Of a stretch of 64,000 nt of DNA, positions 48,864 to 60,450 are shown piece by piece. The stretch is taken from assembly GCF_001194135.2 (NCBI RefSeq), contig NC_068990.1, positions 70,972,202 to 71,036,201 on the forward strand, given 5' to 3'. How positions within the stretch are numbered: position 1 is the stretch's first letter; each line of letters opens with the position of its first letter. The DNA comes from Octopus bimaculoides. Lineage: Eukaryota. The translations under genes and the position numbers were made by a program. A model generated the notes under the pieces. The model was not told the DNA's origin and did not search any database. It saw only the letters and a list, made by a program, of their open reading frames with translations.

Positions 48864-49225
48864 GTTTCAAGTTTTGGTATAAGACCAGCAACTTTGGGGA
48901 AGGAGATAAGTCAATTACATCAACCCCAGTACTTAATTGGTACTAATTTTATTGACCCCAAAAGGATGAAAGACCATGGTGGAATTTGAACTTAGAATTT
49001 AAAGACAGACGAAATGTTACAAAGCATTTTGCCTGGTGTGCTACAATTCTGCCACCTCACCATCTCTTCTCCCCAGTGTTCAACTGACATTTATTTTATT
49101 AACCCTGAAAGGATGACAGGCAAAGTCAATTTTAGCGGAGTTTGAACTCAGAACATGAAGATGGATGAAATGCCACCAAGCATTTTTGCCCAGTGTGCTA
49201 ATGATTTCGCCAGCTGGCTCTGGCT
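48862..49225 (-). mobile_element. Two tandem SINE family B copies
   Basis: Two successive reverse-complement matches (about 48862-49070 and 49075-49225). Confidence 0.8.
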
Positions 49226-50051
49226 GCCTTATAATGACGATGATGATGATGATGATTTCTTTAATCACTAGAGGTTTACAAACAGATTGAGGATAATACA
49301 ATATGATGTAATATGATGTGGGGTTACACAAATGCATGTAAATGGGGTTGGGGCTAAGAATAGTTGAGAACACATCAGCTATTAGGTGCCTCAACTATGA
49401 ACCCAGCCCCATCTGCAGTTCAAACAAAGGAAGAAGTGCCTCAAAATGTAGTAGCCATGCCTATTGATAATCAGGGATCTTTAAAAATGTCTTATCCTCA
49501 ACACATTCCTAGACATTAACAACCAGACCATTCTAAAAAAAACATTGATGCTAGAAATATAGAAATGAACCTTATCACCATAGCCAACTAACCCTTTTAT
49601 AAAATACAGAACGACAAACATTCCAATCAGTTCTGATATTTTCTGGAAAAAAAAGTATGGCAATCAGCCAACTAACGAAGCAGAAATATATCATTAAAGT
49701 AGTTTTTAGCTAACTGGCTGGTTTGTTTGTTTGTTTGTTGGTTGGTTGGTTGGTTGGTTGGCTGGCTGGTTGGCTGACAGGCTGGCTGGTATTTTGCTGC
49801 TGGGATAGCTTATGCTATCTATCCACAATCACTCCCATTCAACCCAATTCTGGCTAAAATTAACTAATCTAATCATTTTGTCTCAATTTCTGTCTAAGCT
49901 GAGACCTGATTTGCTTAAACCAGATATTTTGGTGTTGCATCAAGGACCAGTCCCAGGTGTCCCACATGTATCCAGTTGCATGCAGAATGATTTTGTTATA
50001 GCTTGTTCTTCATATTCCATTACTACAATGATAATAACAATGATGATGGCT

Positions 50052-50598
50052 CCATTGGGAGCTCTGTGGAAATCACAGCCTACAAAGAGCAAAGATATGG
50101 TATGAGCAAACTCCAGAAGGAGTTACCGAAAATGAAAATTGCAAAATCCTGTGGGATGCAATGACCCAGTGCAATCATCCAACCAGACATCAGAAACCAG
50201 ACATTGTTATGTGAATAAAAAAGAAAGAACATGTTTGATAATCAATATAGCATACCCTGGTGACAACAGGATCAATGTGAAAGAAGAAGAAAAAAATAAA
50301 ACAACTATGACGATTTGAAGTGGGAAATGTGAAGGTTGTGATCAGTGAAGAGAGTATATGTGATACCAATAGTAATTGGTGAACTTGGAAATATCAGTAC
50401 TCAACTACCCACATGGCTAAAAAAAGATTGGTGCAAGTGTGAAGGTAGAACACCTACAAAAATCAGCATTGCTTGGAACTGCAAGAATTCTCTGCAGTGT
50501 TCTTGAAGCATGACCAGTAAACGAATGTCCCCTTAGTCTGCTGGGTGTGGACAGCTAACACTGTCCACCATACCCAGCAAAATAAGCTGTGAGTTTTC

Positions 50599-50600
<2 letters not shown>
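50052..50600 (+). mobile_element. R4/Dong-like RLE LINE 3' fragment 2
   Basis: WELC..WYEQTPEGV.ENENCKILWD..KPDIV..CLII.IAYPGD..IPIVIG.LG..LQKSALLGTARIL. Confidence 0.8.
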
Positions 50601-50659
<59 letters not shown>

Positions 50660-50663
50660 TAAT

Positions 50664-50715
<52 letters not shown>

Positions 50716-50716
50716 T
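50600..50716. repeat. (TAA)n microsatellite, about 38 units
   Basis: Directly visible, one interruption. Confidence 0.95.
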
Positions 50717-50759
50717 TGAAAGAAAAGAAAAGACAAGTATCAACAACTGAGAAAAATTT

Positions 50760-51815
50760 TGAATTCAAAGTTGAATGAGAAAATCATAATTTTGACAATA
50801 AACTTGCATGCAGCTGAAGTGGTTGAGTATGGGGCTGGAATTCTGAAGTGGATGGAGGATGAATTAAAAGAGTTGGACGGGAAGACAAGAAAGTGCCTAA
50901 CAATGCATGGAGCCCATCATCCATGTGCAGACACAGATCGCCTATACATGAAGAGAGGAAATAGAGGAAGAAAATTGATAAGTGTAGAAGACTACATGTG
51001 TATCAAACTTTGGAACCTGCTGAAGTATTTATCCCAACATGAGGAAACCTTGCTAGGGTCAGTTAAAAATAAGAGCAGATTGAAATCAGGAAAAAAGAAA
51101 AAAACAAAACGAGAAGTACAAGAAGGACATGAAGTAGCACTATGTAACAAGGGACTAAACAATCAATCCCATGTGGCTGCTGGAAAACATAGGTGGGACT
51201 GACTAAAGAAAGGAGCACTGATAAAAGAAACTGAGAGCACAGTACTGGTAGTACAAGACCAAGCTTTGGGCACTAATTGGGTGGTCAACCTTAGAAATGA
51301 GCAAGTGTTTCCACTGCATCAAATCTGTAATAGAGTTGATGAAACCATTGCCCATATCATGAATGAATGCCCTCAGCTTGCCCAAACTAATGTAAGTTGT
51401 GGTGACACAATAAGGTAATGAAAGTATTATATTGGAAACTGTGTGAAAAGTGTGGTCTAGAAGTAGGCAAGAAGTGGCTTGAGCACAAACCACAGGGAAT
51501 GGCAAAATCAGAGACCTGCAAAATCTTACGGAATTTCCTAATCCAAATAGATCAGGTGCTTGAGCATAACAAGCTGGATTTCATTGTGGTGGATAAGGTA
51601 AACCACATGTATTCTGTAATTTATATTGTATGCCCCCTTTTACACAAGAATAGTCAAAAAGGAAGATGAAAAAATAGACATATACAACCCTCTTAAATAT
51701 GAGATAGCCCAATTGTGGAAAATGAAGACGGTGAAGATAGTGCCAATTACGGTTGGATCCTTGGTGACAGTATCAGAAAGCATTAAGAGGAATATCTTGA
51801 AATATCTAACAACTG
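50760..51815 (+). mobile_element. R4/Dong-like RLE LINE fragment 3
   Basis: YGAGILKW..ELDGKTRK.LTMHGAHHP.ADTDRLY.KR; ETIAHIMNECPQLAQ; YWKLC..WLEHKP; LKYEIAQLWKM. Confidence 0.8.
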
Positions 51816-51849
51816 GATGCTAAAGCTCATTGAATACCATAAGAGATGT

Positions 51850-53015
51850 AAGAAGCTTCATTCTATTATGAAGGAGAGCGAAAAATTTGCTAATAGAGTT
51901 ATGCATAATTCCCAGGTTGAATAGCATGAGGGAAGTGTAGCAACAGTAGTTGCAAAGAAGGTGAAATCAATAGCAAAGCAAAATGTGTTTGAACAATTGG
52001 CTGACAGGTAGGACCAAAAACCTCTGCATGACAAATATGTGGCTCGTAGCAAACAGGCTGATGTAGACCAGAGGCACGTCCATCTGTGGCTATGGAGCTC
52101 AGGGCTAAAGGCAGAGAGTGAAGGCTTTATTTTGGTTGCTCAAGATCAGAGCTTATTGAGCAGGAATTATCAAGCCAATGTGATGAAAAATGGATTAGAC
52201 CCAAAGTGTCAATACAACAACAATGGGATTGAAACAGTGGACCATCTAATCTCTGGGTGTAAGGTTTTAGCATCTGTAGAGAACAAATCAAGACATGACA
52301 GAGTTGGCCAATATCTACATTGGATAATGTGTCGGTATTATAAAACCAAAACTGCTGACAAATGGTACAAGCACCACCCTGAAGCTATAACTGAGAGAAA
52401 AGATGTAGCAATTTTTTGAGACTTTCCAGTATGTGCCAGATCATAAAAGCAAATAAACCAGATATTGTTGTGAAAGATCAAAACAATAAAGTCTATTTAT
52501 TGATTGACATGAGAATACTCTGCAACCATAATATCTCTGCAAAAGAATTTGACAAGCTCGGAAAATATAAAGATTTGCTCATTGAAATCGAAAAAATGTG
52601 GCATCTCAAGATGGTTTCAATACCAGTGATTATAGGAGCACTTAGAATGATCAAAAAAGGAAATGAAAATTATTTAAGAATGATCCCTGGCTTACCATCA
52701 GTGCAGGAAGTGCAAAAGATTGTCTTAACTGGTACAGCACATGTATTGAAACAGGCATTGTTGCTGTAAATTTTCTTTCATTTTTTTTCCCCCGTTATTT
52801 TCTTTGTTTACTTTTTTATCTATTTTTTTACTTTTCTCTCTGTCTTCCTTCCCCTTTTTCTCTATCACATGACTTTGTAAATGAACAATCTGGTGTATTT
52901 ATTTTAATGACCTACCGATGTATACAGTAAGTTTCTCTGTCCTAGGTGTCAGGAAGACACTCGGCAAGAAATGGAAACCGAATTGAAAGACAATAATGAA
53001 AACAATAATAATAAT
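51850..53015 (+). mobile_element. R4/Dong-like RLE LINE fragment 4 with 3' UTR
   Basis: WSSGLKAESEGFILVAQDQSL..ETVDHLISGC..RHDRVGQYLHW..NKPDIVV..LLIDM..KYKDLLIEIEKMW..IGAL. Confidence 0.85.
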
Positions 53016-53024
53016 CCTTTTTAC

Positions 53025-53150
53025 TATAGGCACGAAGCCTGAAATTTTGGGGGAGGGGAATAGTTGATGACATCAATCCCAACTGGTACTTATTTCATCA
53101 AACCTGAAAGAATGTAAGGCAAAGTTGACCTCGACAGAATTTGAACTCAA
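53025..53150 (-). mobile_element. SINE family B, partial
   Basis: ggcacgaagcctgaaattttgg..ggcaaagttgacctc..gaatttgaactc. Confidence 0.75.
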
Positions 53151-53179
53151 CAATAATAATAATAATGATAATAATAATA

Positions 53180-53770
53180 TAAGGGAATGTAGCATGCTGG
53201 CACAGAAAGAATACAAGAAAAGATATGACAGTCTAGGGAGAGTAATCCACTGGGAGCTATGTAGAAAGCTAAGATTTGAATATACTGATAAATGGTATGA
53301 ACATGAACCTAGTACAGTACTAGAAAGTAAGAAATACAAGATGTTGCGGTACTTTCAAATTCAGACCAAGAGAGTAAAAGAAGCTAGAAGGCCTGATTTA
53401 GTAGTAGTAGATAAAGAGAATAGAAAGTGCCAGCTTTACAGTCCTAAATGATGAAAACATGAGAAGTATCGAAAAAATAGCAAAGTACCAGAACCTAGCT
53501 ATTGAATTACAGAGACTATGGAAAGTGCAGGTAAAATGTATCCCAGTAGTTATAGGTGCATTGGGAACTATCCCTATATATCTGAACAGATGGATAGAGG
53601 AAATAGGCATAAAACCCAGTTTAGTACAGCTCCAGAAAACTGTGTTATTAGGGACAACTAGGATACTTAGGAGGGCTCTTGACATCTAAGGTTACTTGTT
53701 GTAGCCTGATGTTAGGATTTTTCCTTTTCCAACTGTCTAATCTGTTGAGTGTATATGAAAATAATAATAA
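53180..53770 (+). mobile_element. R4/Dong-like RLE LINE 3' fragment 5
   Basis: ECSMLAQKEYKKRYD..IHWELC..WYEHEP..RRPDLVVVDK..KYQNLAIELQRLW..IGALG..LQKTVLLGT. Confidence 0.85.
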
Positions 53771-53834
53771 TATAAACATTATTGTAGTTGAAAAAATGAT
53801 GAAGGAAACCAATATCATAGATATTCTTTTCTAC

Positions 53835-54040
53835 TCACGGCACAAGGCCCAAAATTTTTTAAGAGGGGGGCCAGTCAGATCGACCCCAGTACGCAGAGCT
53901 CAAATTCCACTGAGGTCAACTTTACCTTTTATTCTTTCAGGGTTGATAAAATAAGTACCATTTGAAAACTGGGGTCAATGTTATCAACTTACCCCCTCCC
54001 CTGAAATTGCTTACCTTGTGCCAAAATTTGAAATCAATAT
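53835..54040. mobile_element. Rearranged SINE family B (minus-strand tail joined to plus-strand body)
   Basis: ggcacaagg..cccagt followed by actgggg..ccttgtgcc gives an imperfect inverted repeat. Confidence 0.6.
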
Positions 54041-54589
54041 TAGAATCCAGTAACTTTTACATATTTTTTCTGCTCACATACATTATTCTACTCTAGGTTT
54101 TCAAAACCCACATGTTTAAATATTCTGACACCCACTTACTAAGTATAATCCCAGTTTACTGCTGTAAACTAAGATGGAACTTGATATCTTTCCATCATGG
54201 AAGCTGACATCTTAATAGCCAGAACAGTATGACATGACTTGATTAAATATTAGATTTAGTTAAACTGTCCATGAAAATTGTTTACATTAATATTGATTTC
54301 TGGATGGTTCTCACTAATCATGAAAGAAGAAAAAGAAGGAGTAGGAAGAGAAGAAAGAAAGGAAGGCAGAAAGAAGAAAGAAAGACAGGAAGAATGAGAT
54401 TGATTAGAATGGATGTTATATAATGAATCTTGTAAACAGCTGAGACCAAAATGGTGGGAACATTATGGCACTTTCAAGATTTGTAAGGGAAATAAAATCT
54501 CAAGATCTATGAATTATGTAACAGATGTAATTAGAACCTAGAATGGTTAGAATTCTATGTGGGTAGTGCAGGAATGGTAATAAATGTTG

Positions 54590-54639
<50 letters not shown>

Positions 54640-55779
54640 NNNNNNNNNNNNNNNNNNNNNNNNNNNNNNNNNNNNNNNNNNNNNNNNNNNNNNNNNNNNN
54701 NNNNNNNNNNNNNNNNNNNNNNNNNNNNNNNNNNNNNNNNNNNNNNNNNNNNNNNNNNNNNNNNNNNNNNNNNNNNNNNNNNNNNNNNNNNNNNNNNNNN
54801 NNNNNNNNNNNNNNNNNNNNNNNNNNNNNNNNNNNNNNNNNNNNNNNNNNNNNNNNNNNNNNNNNNNNNNNNNNNNNNNNNNNNNNNNNNNNNNNNNNNN
54901 NNNNNNNNNNNNNNNNNNNNNNNNNNNNNNNNNNNNNNNNNNNNNNNNNNNNNNNNNNNNNNNNNNNNNNNNNNNNNNNNNNNNNNNNNNNNNNNNNNNN
55001 NNNNNNNNNNNNNNNNNNNNNNNNNNNNNNNNNNNNNNNNNNNNNNNNNNNNNNNNNNNNNNNNNNNNNNNNNNNNNNNNNNNNNNNNNNNNNNNNNNNN
55101 NNNNNNNNNNNNNNNNNNNNNNNNNNNNNNNNNNNNNNNNNNNNNNNNNNNNNNNNNNNNNNNNNNNNNNNNNNNNNNNNNNNNNNNNNNNNNNNNNNNN
55201 NNNNNNNNNNNNNNNNNNNNNNNNNNNNNNNNNNNNNNNNNNNNNNNNNNNNNNNNNNNNNNNNNNNNNNNNNNNNNNNNNNNNNNNNNNNNNNNNNNNN
55301 NNNNNNNNNNNNNNNNNNNNNNNNNNNNNNNNNNNNNNNNNNNNNNNNNNNNNNNNNNNNNNNNNNNNNNNNNNNNNNNNNNNNNNNNNNNNNNNNNNNN
55401 NNNNNNNNNNNNNNNNNNNNNNNNNNNNNNNNATATATACACATATGTATACATATGTATATATATGTCTGGATGTAACTATATAATGTACAGTTTTATT
55501 GATATATACACAGAAACACACACACATACATGTATATGTATGTATGTATGTATGTATATTTGTATGTATGTATGTATGTATCTATCTATTTATGTTTTCC
55601 TTATTTCATTCATCAGAGTGTAACCATACTAGTGCACAGCCTTGAAGAATTTTTAGTCAAATGTATCAACCCCAGTACTTATTTTTTTTTAAGGCCATGT
55701 ACACACACACACACACACACAAATATTACACCAGCATGTTAAAAGCACCCTTTATTTACCTCTTGCTTGTTTCAGTCAT

Positions 55780-56325
55780 TAGAATGCAGCCACGCTGGGA
55801 CACTGCCTTGAAGAATTTTTAGTCAAACGTATCAACTGCAGGACTTATTTTTTTAAGCTAGGCACTCATTATATCACTTTTTTTTTGCTGAACTGCTAAG
55901 TTATGTGAAAATAAACACACCAACACAAGTTGTAAAGTGGGGGTGGGGGTAAACACAGACACACAATATATATATATACACACTCTCTGAGTGGTTGGCA
56001 TTAGGAAGGGCATCCAGCTGTAGAAACTCCGCCAAATTTAGATTGGAGCCTGGTGTTGCCATCCGGTTTCACCAGTCCTCAGTCAAATCGTCCAACCCAT
56101 GCTAGCATGGAAAGCGGACGTTAAACGATGATGATGATGATGATATATATATATATATATACATATATGCAATAGGCTTCTTTTAGTTTTCGTCAACCAA
56201 TTCCACTCACAAGGCTTTGGTCAGCCCGAAGCTATAGTAAAAGACACTTGTCCAAGGTTCCACAGTGGGAGTGAACCCAAAACCATGTGGTTGGAAAGCA
56301 ACCTTCTTACTACACAACCACACAC
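55780..56325 (-). mobile_element. CORE-type SINE family A with a nested RTE tail
   Basis: SINE tail 55780-55960 and head 56170-56325 separated by a plus-strand RTE tail. Confidence 0.8.
55978..56145 (+). mobile_element. Young RTE tail inserted in the SINE internal microsatellite
   Basis: About 3 differences from 13078-13240. Confidence 0.9.
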
Positions 56326-56371
56326 ACATATATACTATTTATTTGTTTGAGCATATGTGTGTATGCATATA

Positions 56372-57190
56372 CAAGGTGTTCCAAAATTAAGGCAACCAAA
56401 GTTTCGGCCTTTAATAACTGTTAATAGATGTGATAAGCTATGAACATTATACATCATTATAAAAGCTTAGTGTATCTTCCTTCTGTTTCCAACTAAATAA
56501 GTTCAGATTTATAAATTAGATAATGGCTATACACCAAAATACAATCATAACCTTCCACAAAGGAGGCGAAAGTAATACAGCTATAGCAAAAAAGCTTAAA
56601 ATTAATTGAACAACAGTCTGAAAAATTGTCGAGAAATTTCAAAGAGACTGGTTCCACTGCACCTCAACCTGGATGTGTCTGAAAAAGAAGTGTCCGGACC
56701 TCTCAGCTTATCAAAAATACCAGAGAAAAGATATGACAAAATGCTCATTGTTCTGTCAGAAAACTAGCTACCACAACAAAAATAAGCTGAACGTTGATGT
56801 ATCAAGTGCTGAAGGAGGATCTCAGGACCTATCCCTACAAGATGATCCATCTTCATGAGCTCATACAAGTTTATAAGGCCATGAAATTGGAGAGAAGTCA
56901 TCTTATCCTGCATCAGATTGCTGAAGGTATGCTGCCCAACCTTATATACACTGATGAAAAGAAATTTGACATCGAACAGACAGTAAACCATCAGAACGAC
57001 TGACTTTGGAGTGTATCTGTCTCTGTCAATAGTAGACTCATAAATCGGGGTTGTCATATCAAATAAATGTGGTAGTGTCATAATTGTGTTTCCTTTACCA
57101 TTGCATTGCAACACTCAGACCCGAAATATAACAATATTTTGCTTTGGCAAAATTGAAAAAAGTTGATTGCCCTAATTTTGGGATACCCTA
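56372..57190 (+). mobile_element. Internally deleted Tc1/mariner element, maT/DD37D-like
   Basis: ~27-bp imperfect TIRs with TA flanks; YQVLKEDL..YPYK..IYTDEKKFDIEQTVNHQND. Confidence 0.75.
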
Positions 57191-57221
57191 TACACACACA
57201 CACACACATAAATAGGAGCAG

Positions 57222-57632
57222 GCATTGTTGTGCAGTTAAGAAGTTAAGAACTTTGCTTTGCAACTAAGTGGTTTTAGATTCAGTCCCATTGTGCAGCACC
57301 TTGAGCAAGTGGCCTGGGTTGACCAAAGCCTTGTGAATGGATTTTATAGACAGTAACTGAAAGAATGTATGTATGTACTTGAGTGTGTTTGTGTCTCTTC
57401 ATCTTGTAAACAAACATCACTATCAAACAAAGTAGTATGATTGCAATTTTCTGCGAAATTATGTCTGGCCAGTGTGCTGTTCCTGTTTGAACGACAAGGG
57501 GAAATACGTCCTTATTTGGAAACAGATGAGGGTTGGTGATAGGAGAAGCATTCTGCTGCAGAAAATCTGTCTTAATGAATTTCATTTGATTCATGCCAGC
57601 ATAGAAAAATGGATATTAAAAAGATGATGATG
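57222..57632 (+). mobile_element. CORE-type SINE variant with RTE-like (GAT)n tail
   Basis: Family A head and CORE, but a different tail ending gatattaaaaagatgatgatg; related tail at about 44380-44530. Confidence 0.65.
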
Positions 57633-58179
57633 ATGATAATGTATGTGTGTGCGTGCATGTGTGTGTGTTTGCGTATGTGTGTATGTGTGTGCATCTATAT
57701 GCATGCATATGTGTGTGTGCATGTGCATCTGTATGTATGCATATGTGTGTGTGCATGTGTGCATTGTTTGCATGCATATGTGTGTGCATGCATGTGTGTG
57801 CGTAAGAGAGAGACTGTCTTCTTAGTGACATATCAATTCCAGAGAATTCTTTAATGTTGAGATCATCTCTTCTCATTAAGAATCAGTTGCAATTACCACT
57901 TGGTGTTTGTTTATTATCTCCCAAAGCAACAATAATTTCAATAAATCAAGAATTAATATTGTATATTTAGCATAGCCTTATTTGCTTCCCTCTCTCTCTC
58001 TCTCTCTCTCAACTCAGAACAGACCAGTGTTTTTCAACCATGTTTTTTCTATGGACCCCTTTAATTTTTATTTTACTTGGAAGGGCCTTCCTACCCATTC
58101 AATGTTTTAAAATAATCCTATCATTTTTATACTTCAATATTATAAGGAATTGTATAAAAAATTAAAATATTTTATACAC

Positions 58180-58220
<41 letters not shown>

Positions 58221-59095
58221 GCATCCATTGGTCTCGAGAAGCCATGGATCTGCACCCAAAGAAATCGTATCAGCTGCTGATGCCGGTGCAGCATCGGCAC
58301 CACATGGGAGTGGTAATCATGCATACAGCGATTGCATTTGAAGGAACTCTTTGCCAGTGCTATTGGTTTTTCTTTCTGTCAAGTGCGCTTTTCTTTGGTT
58401 GCATGTTCCTGTTTTTTGTTCCTGCTCACTTCATCCCCTTTTGCAGTATTTGTCTCCAGTGTGGGCAATCATTTGCGACCTCCTCCCATCTCAGGATGTC
58501 CAGATCAATCGACTTCATATTTCTCTTGCAGATATCCTTGAAACGAAAGATGAGGTGATCCTTGTGCTGGTAGTCAATTGTGCAGGAGGCCTTTTTGGAT
58601 CCTCCTGTCCAGTATGCGATGTACATGACCAAGTCAGCAGAGATGACACTGCTGGAGCAGAGTGAGTGTTCTGGGTATCTTGGCGCAGTTGAAAACTTTG
58701 GTGTTGATGATGTGGTTTGCCCACTTGATATCCAAGATGTGTCTCAAATTACAAGGGTGGAAGATGTTGAGATGCCACTCCTGTCTGGAGTAGAGGCTCC
58801 ATGTCTCACTGTTGTAAAGTAGTGTGCTATGGAGGCATGCCTTATAGACAGCAATCTTGGTATTTGCAACCAGCTTTTGTTTTCCCAGACTCTTTGTGAG
58901 CCTGGCAAACGTGAAGGATGTTGTCTAATTCACCTGTTGACCTCAGGATCCAGGGAGATGTCATCACCAATGGTAGAGCCAAGGTTGGTGAATTCGTGAA
59001 CTACCTCCAGCTTGTAGTTGTTGATGGTGATGGTGGGGGAGGAGTGGTTGGTACCTTGGCCCAGTACTTTGGTCTTCTTCAGACTAATAGTCAGG
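58180..59095 (-). mobile_element. BovB-like RTE LINE 3' fragment with (TAC)n tail
   Basis: LTISLKKTKVL..YKLEVVHEFTNLGSTI..; RFKDICKRNMKSIDLD..WEEVA; distinct from the (GAT)n-tailed RTE. Confidence 0.85.
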
Positions 59096-59436
59096 CTGTA
59101 GAAGTATACCCAGTTTATTGCAGATAAATTTCAACAATAAAATCTTATACAAACCCCTAAGACTAATAATACATTCACCTAACTCATGTTAATATGGAAA
59201 ATGAACATAAGATATGGCTATGTGTATGACAGGTTTCTACACAGTTTCTGCCTATCAAATTCTACTTACACTGTATTACTCATGTATGTGTGTGTATGTA
59301 CGTGTATGTGTGTGAGTGTGTGTGTATGTGTGCACGAATATGCATGCGCATGTGTGTGTAGTAACATATTTAAGTGTATTTGTTTTTACCCAATGATATA
59401 TAAAGTAAATATCATTATTGTCATTGTTGTTTAGCT

Positions 59437-59640
59437 GCCAAGCTGGCAGAATCATTAGCATACCAGGCAAAACACTTAGCGACCCCTCTTTATGTTCTAA
59501 GTTCAAATTCCCCGATGTCAACTTTACCTTTTATCCTCTCAGGATCAATAAAATGAGTACTAGTTGAGTACTGGGGTCAATGTCATCAACTCACCTCCTC
59601 CCCCAAAGTTGTTGGCCTTGTGCCAAAATTTGAAGCTATT
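59437..59640 (+). mobile_element. SINE family B with (TTA)n tail
   Basis: gctggcagaatcattagc, B-box gttcaaattcc, tail tattattatt. Confidence 0.8.
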
Positions 59641-60034
59641 ATTATTATTGTGGTTACTGTATCCTTGTTATTTCAGGAAATGCATACTTTACTTACTCAC
59701 AACACTGCTGTATATTAAGTGATAAGGAAACTTTGTATTTTCCAAAGAGTTGAGTGTATGAGATGAAAGGATTGGTTTACTTCAAGAGACTATTCACTAC
59801 CTTAACCAAACCAGTTTCTTAAGCATTTATTTATTTATTTATTTCATGATTGCTTTTGATTATGAAGTAGAAAAGTAAATTAACATGCAAATGGAACTTG
59901 TCTCTCCACTTCATCAAAATTTCATGTTATCTTCTGTACACAAGATTTTTATGACAAATTTATTTTTACTAAATTCTTAATTATTTTCAAAATTAATTGA
60001 AATATAGGCAGTAAATTTTCCACATAAATATCAT

Positions 60035-60450
60035 ATCTTTTATCTTCTATTTGTCTCAATCGTTAGACTGTGGCCATGCTGGGGCACTGCCTTGAAGAAT
60101 TTTTAGTCAAATAAATCAACACCAGTACTTATTATTATTATTTTTTATCCTAGTACTTATTCTATTGGTCTCTTATGCTGAACTGCTAAGTTATAGGGAC
60201 ATAAACACACAGACACCAGTTGTCGAGCAGTGGTAGGGGATAGACAGACACAATTACACATGCGCATGTACATACACACACACACATATGACAGGCTTCT
60301 TTCAGTTTCCATCTACTAAATCCATTCACAAGGCATTGATCAGCCAGATGCTATATGCAGAAGACACTTGCCCAAGTACCCAAACAGTGGAACTGAACCC
60401 AGAATTATGTGGTTGTGAAACAAGCTTCTTACCACACAACCATGCCTGTA
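60035..60450 (-). mobile_element. CORE-type SINE family A
   Basis: Reverse-complement head, CORE and tail. Confidence 0.8.

Noticed and set aside
49812-50105. 97-aa ORF with a possible internal acceptor (LRPDLLKPDILVLHQGPVP)
   Set aside because: Weak donor; the ORF end runs into a Dong-like fragment in another frame
1960-56960. Other CTGATGA hits (1964, 14021, 30017, 56952)
   Set aside because: They are SDE/TDE/ADD codons of transposases and RT, without hammerhead stems
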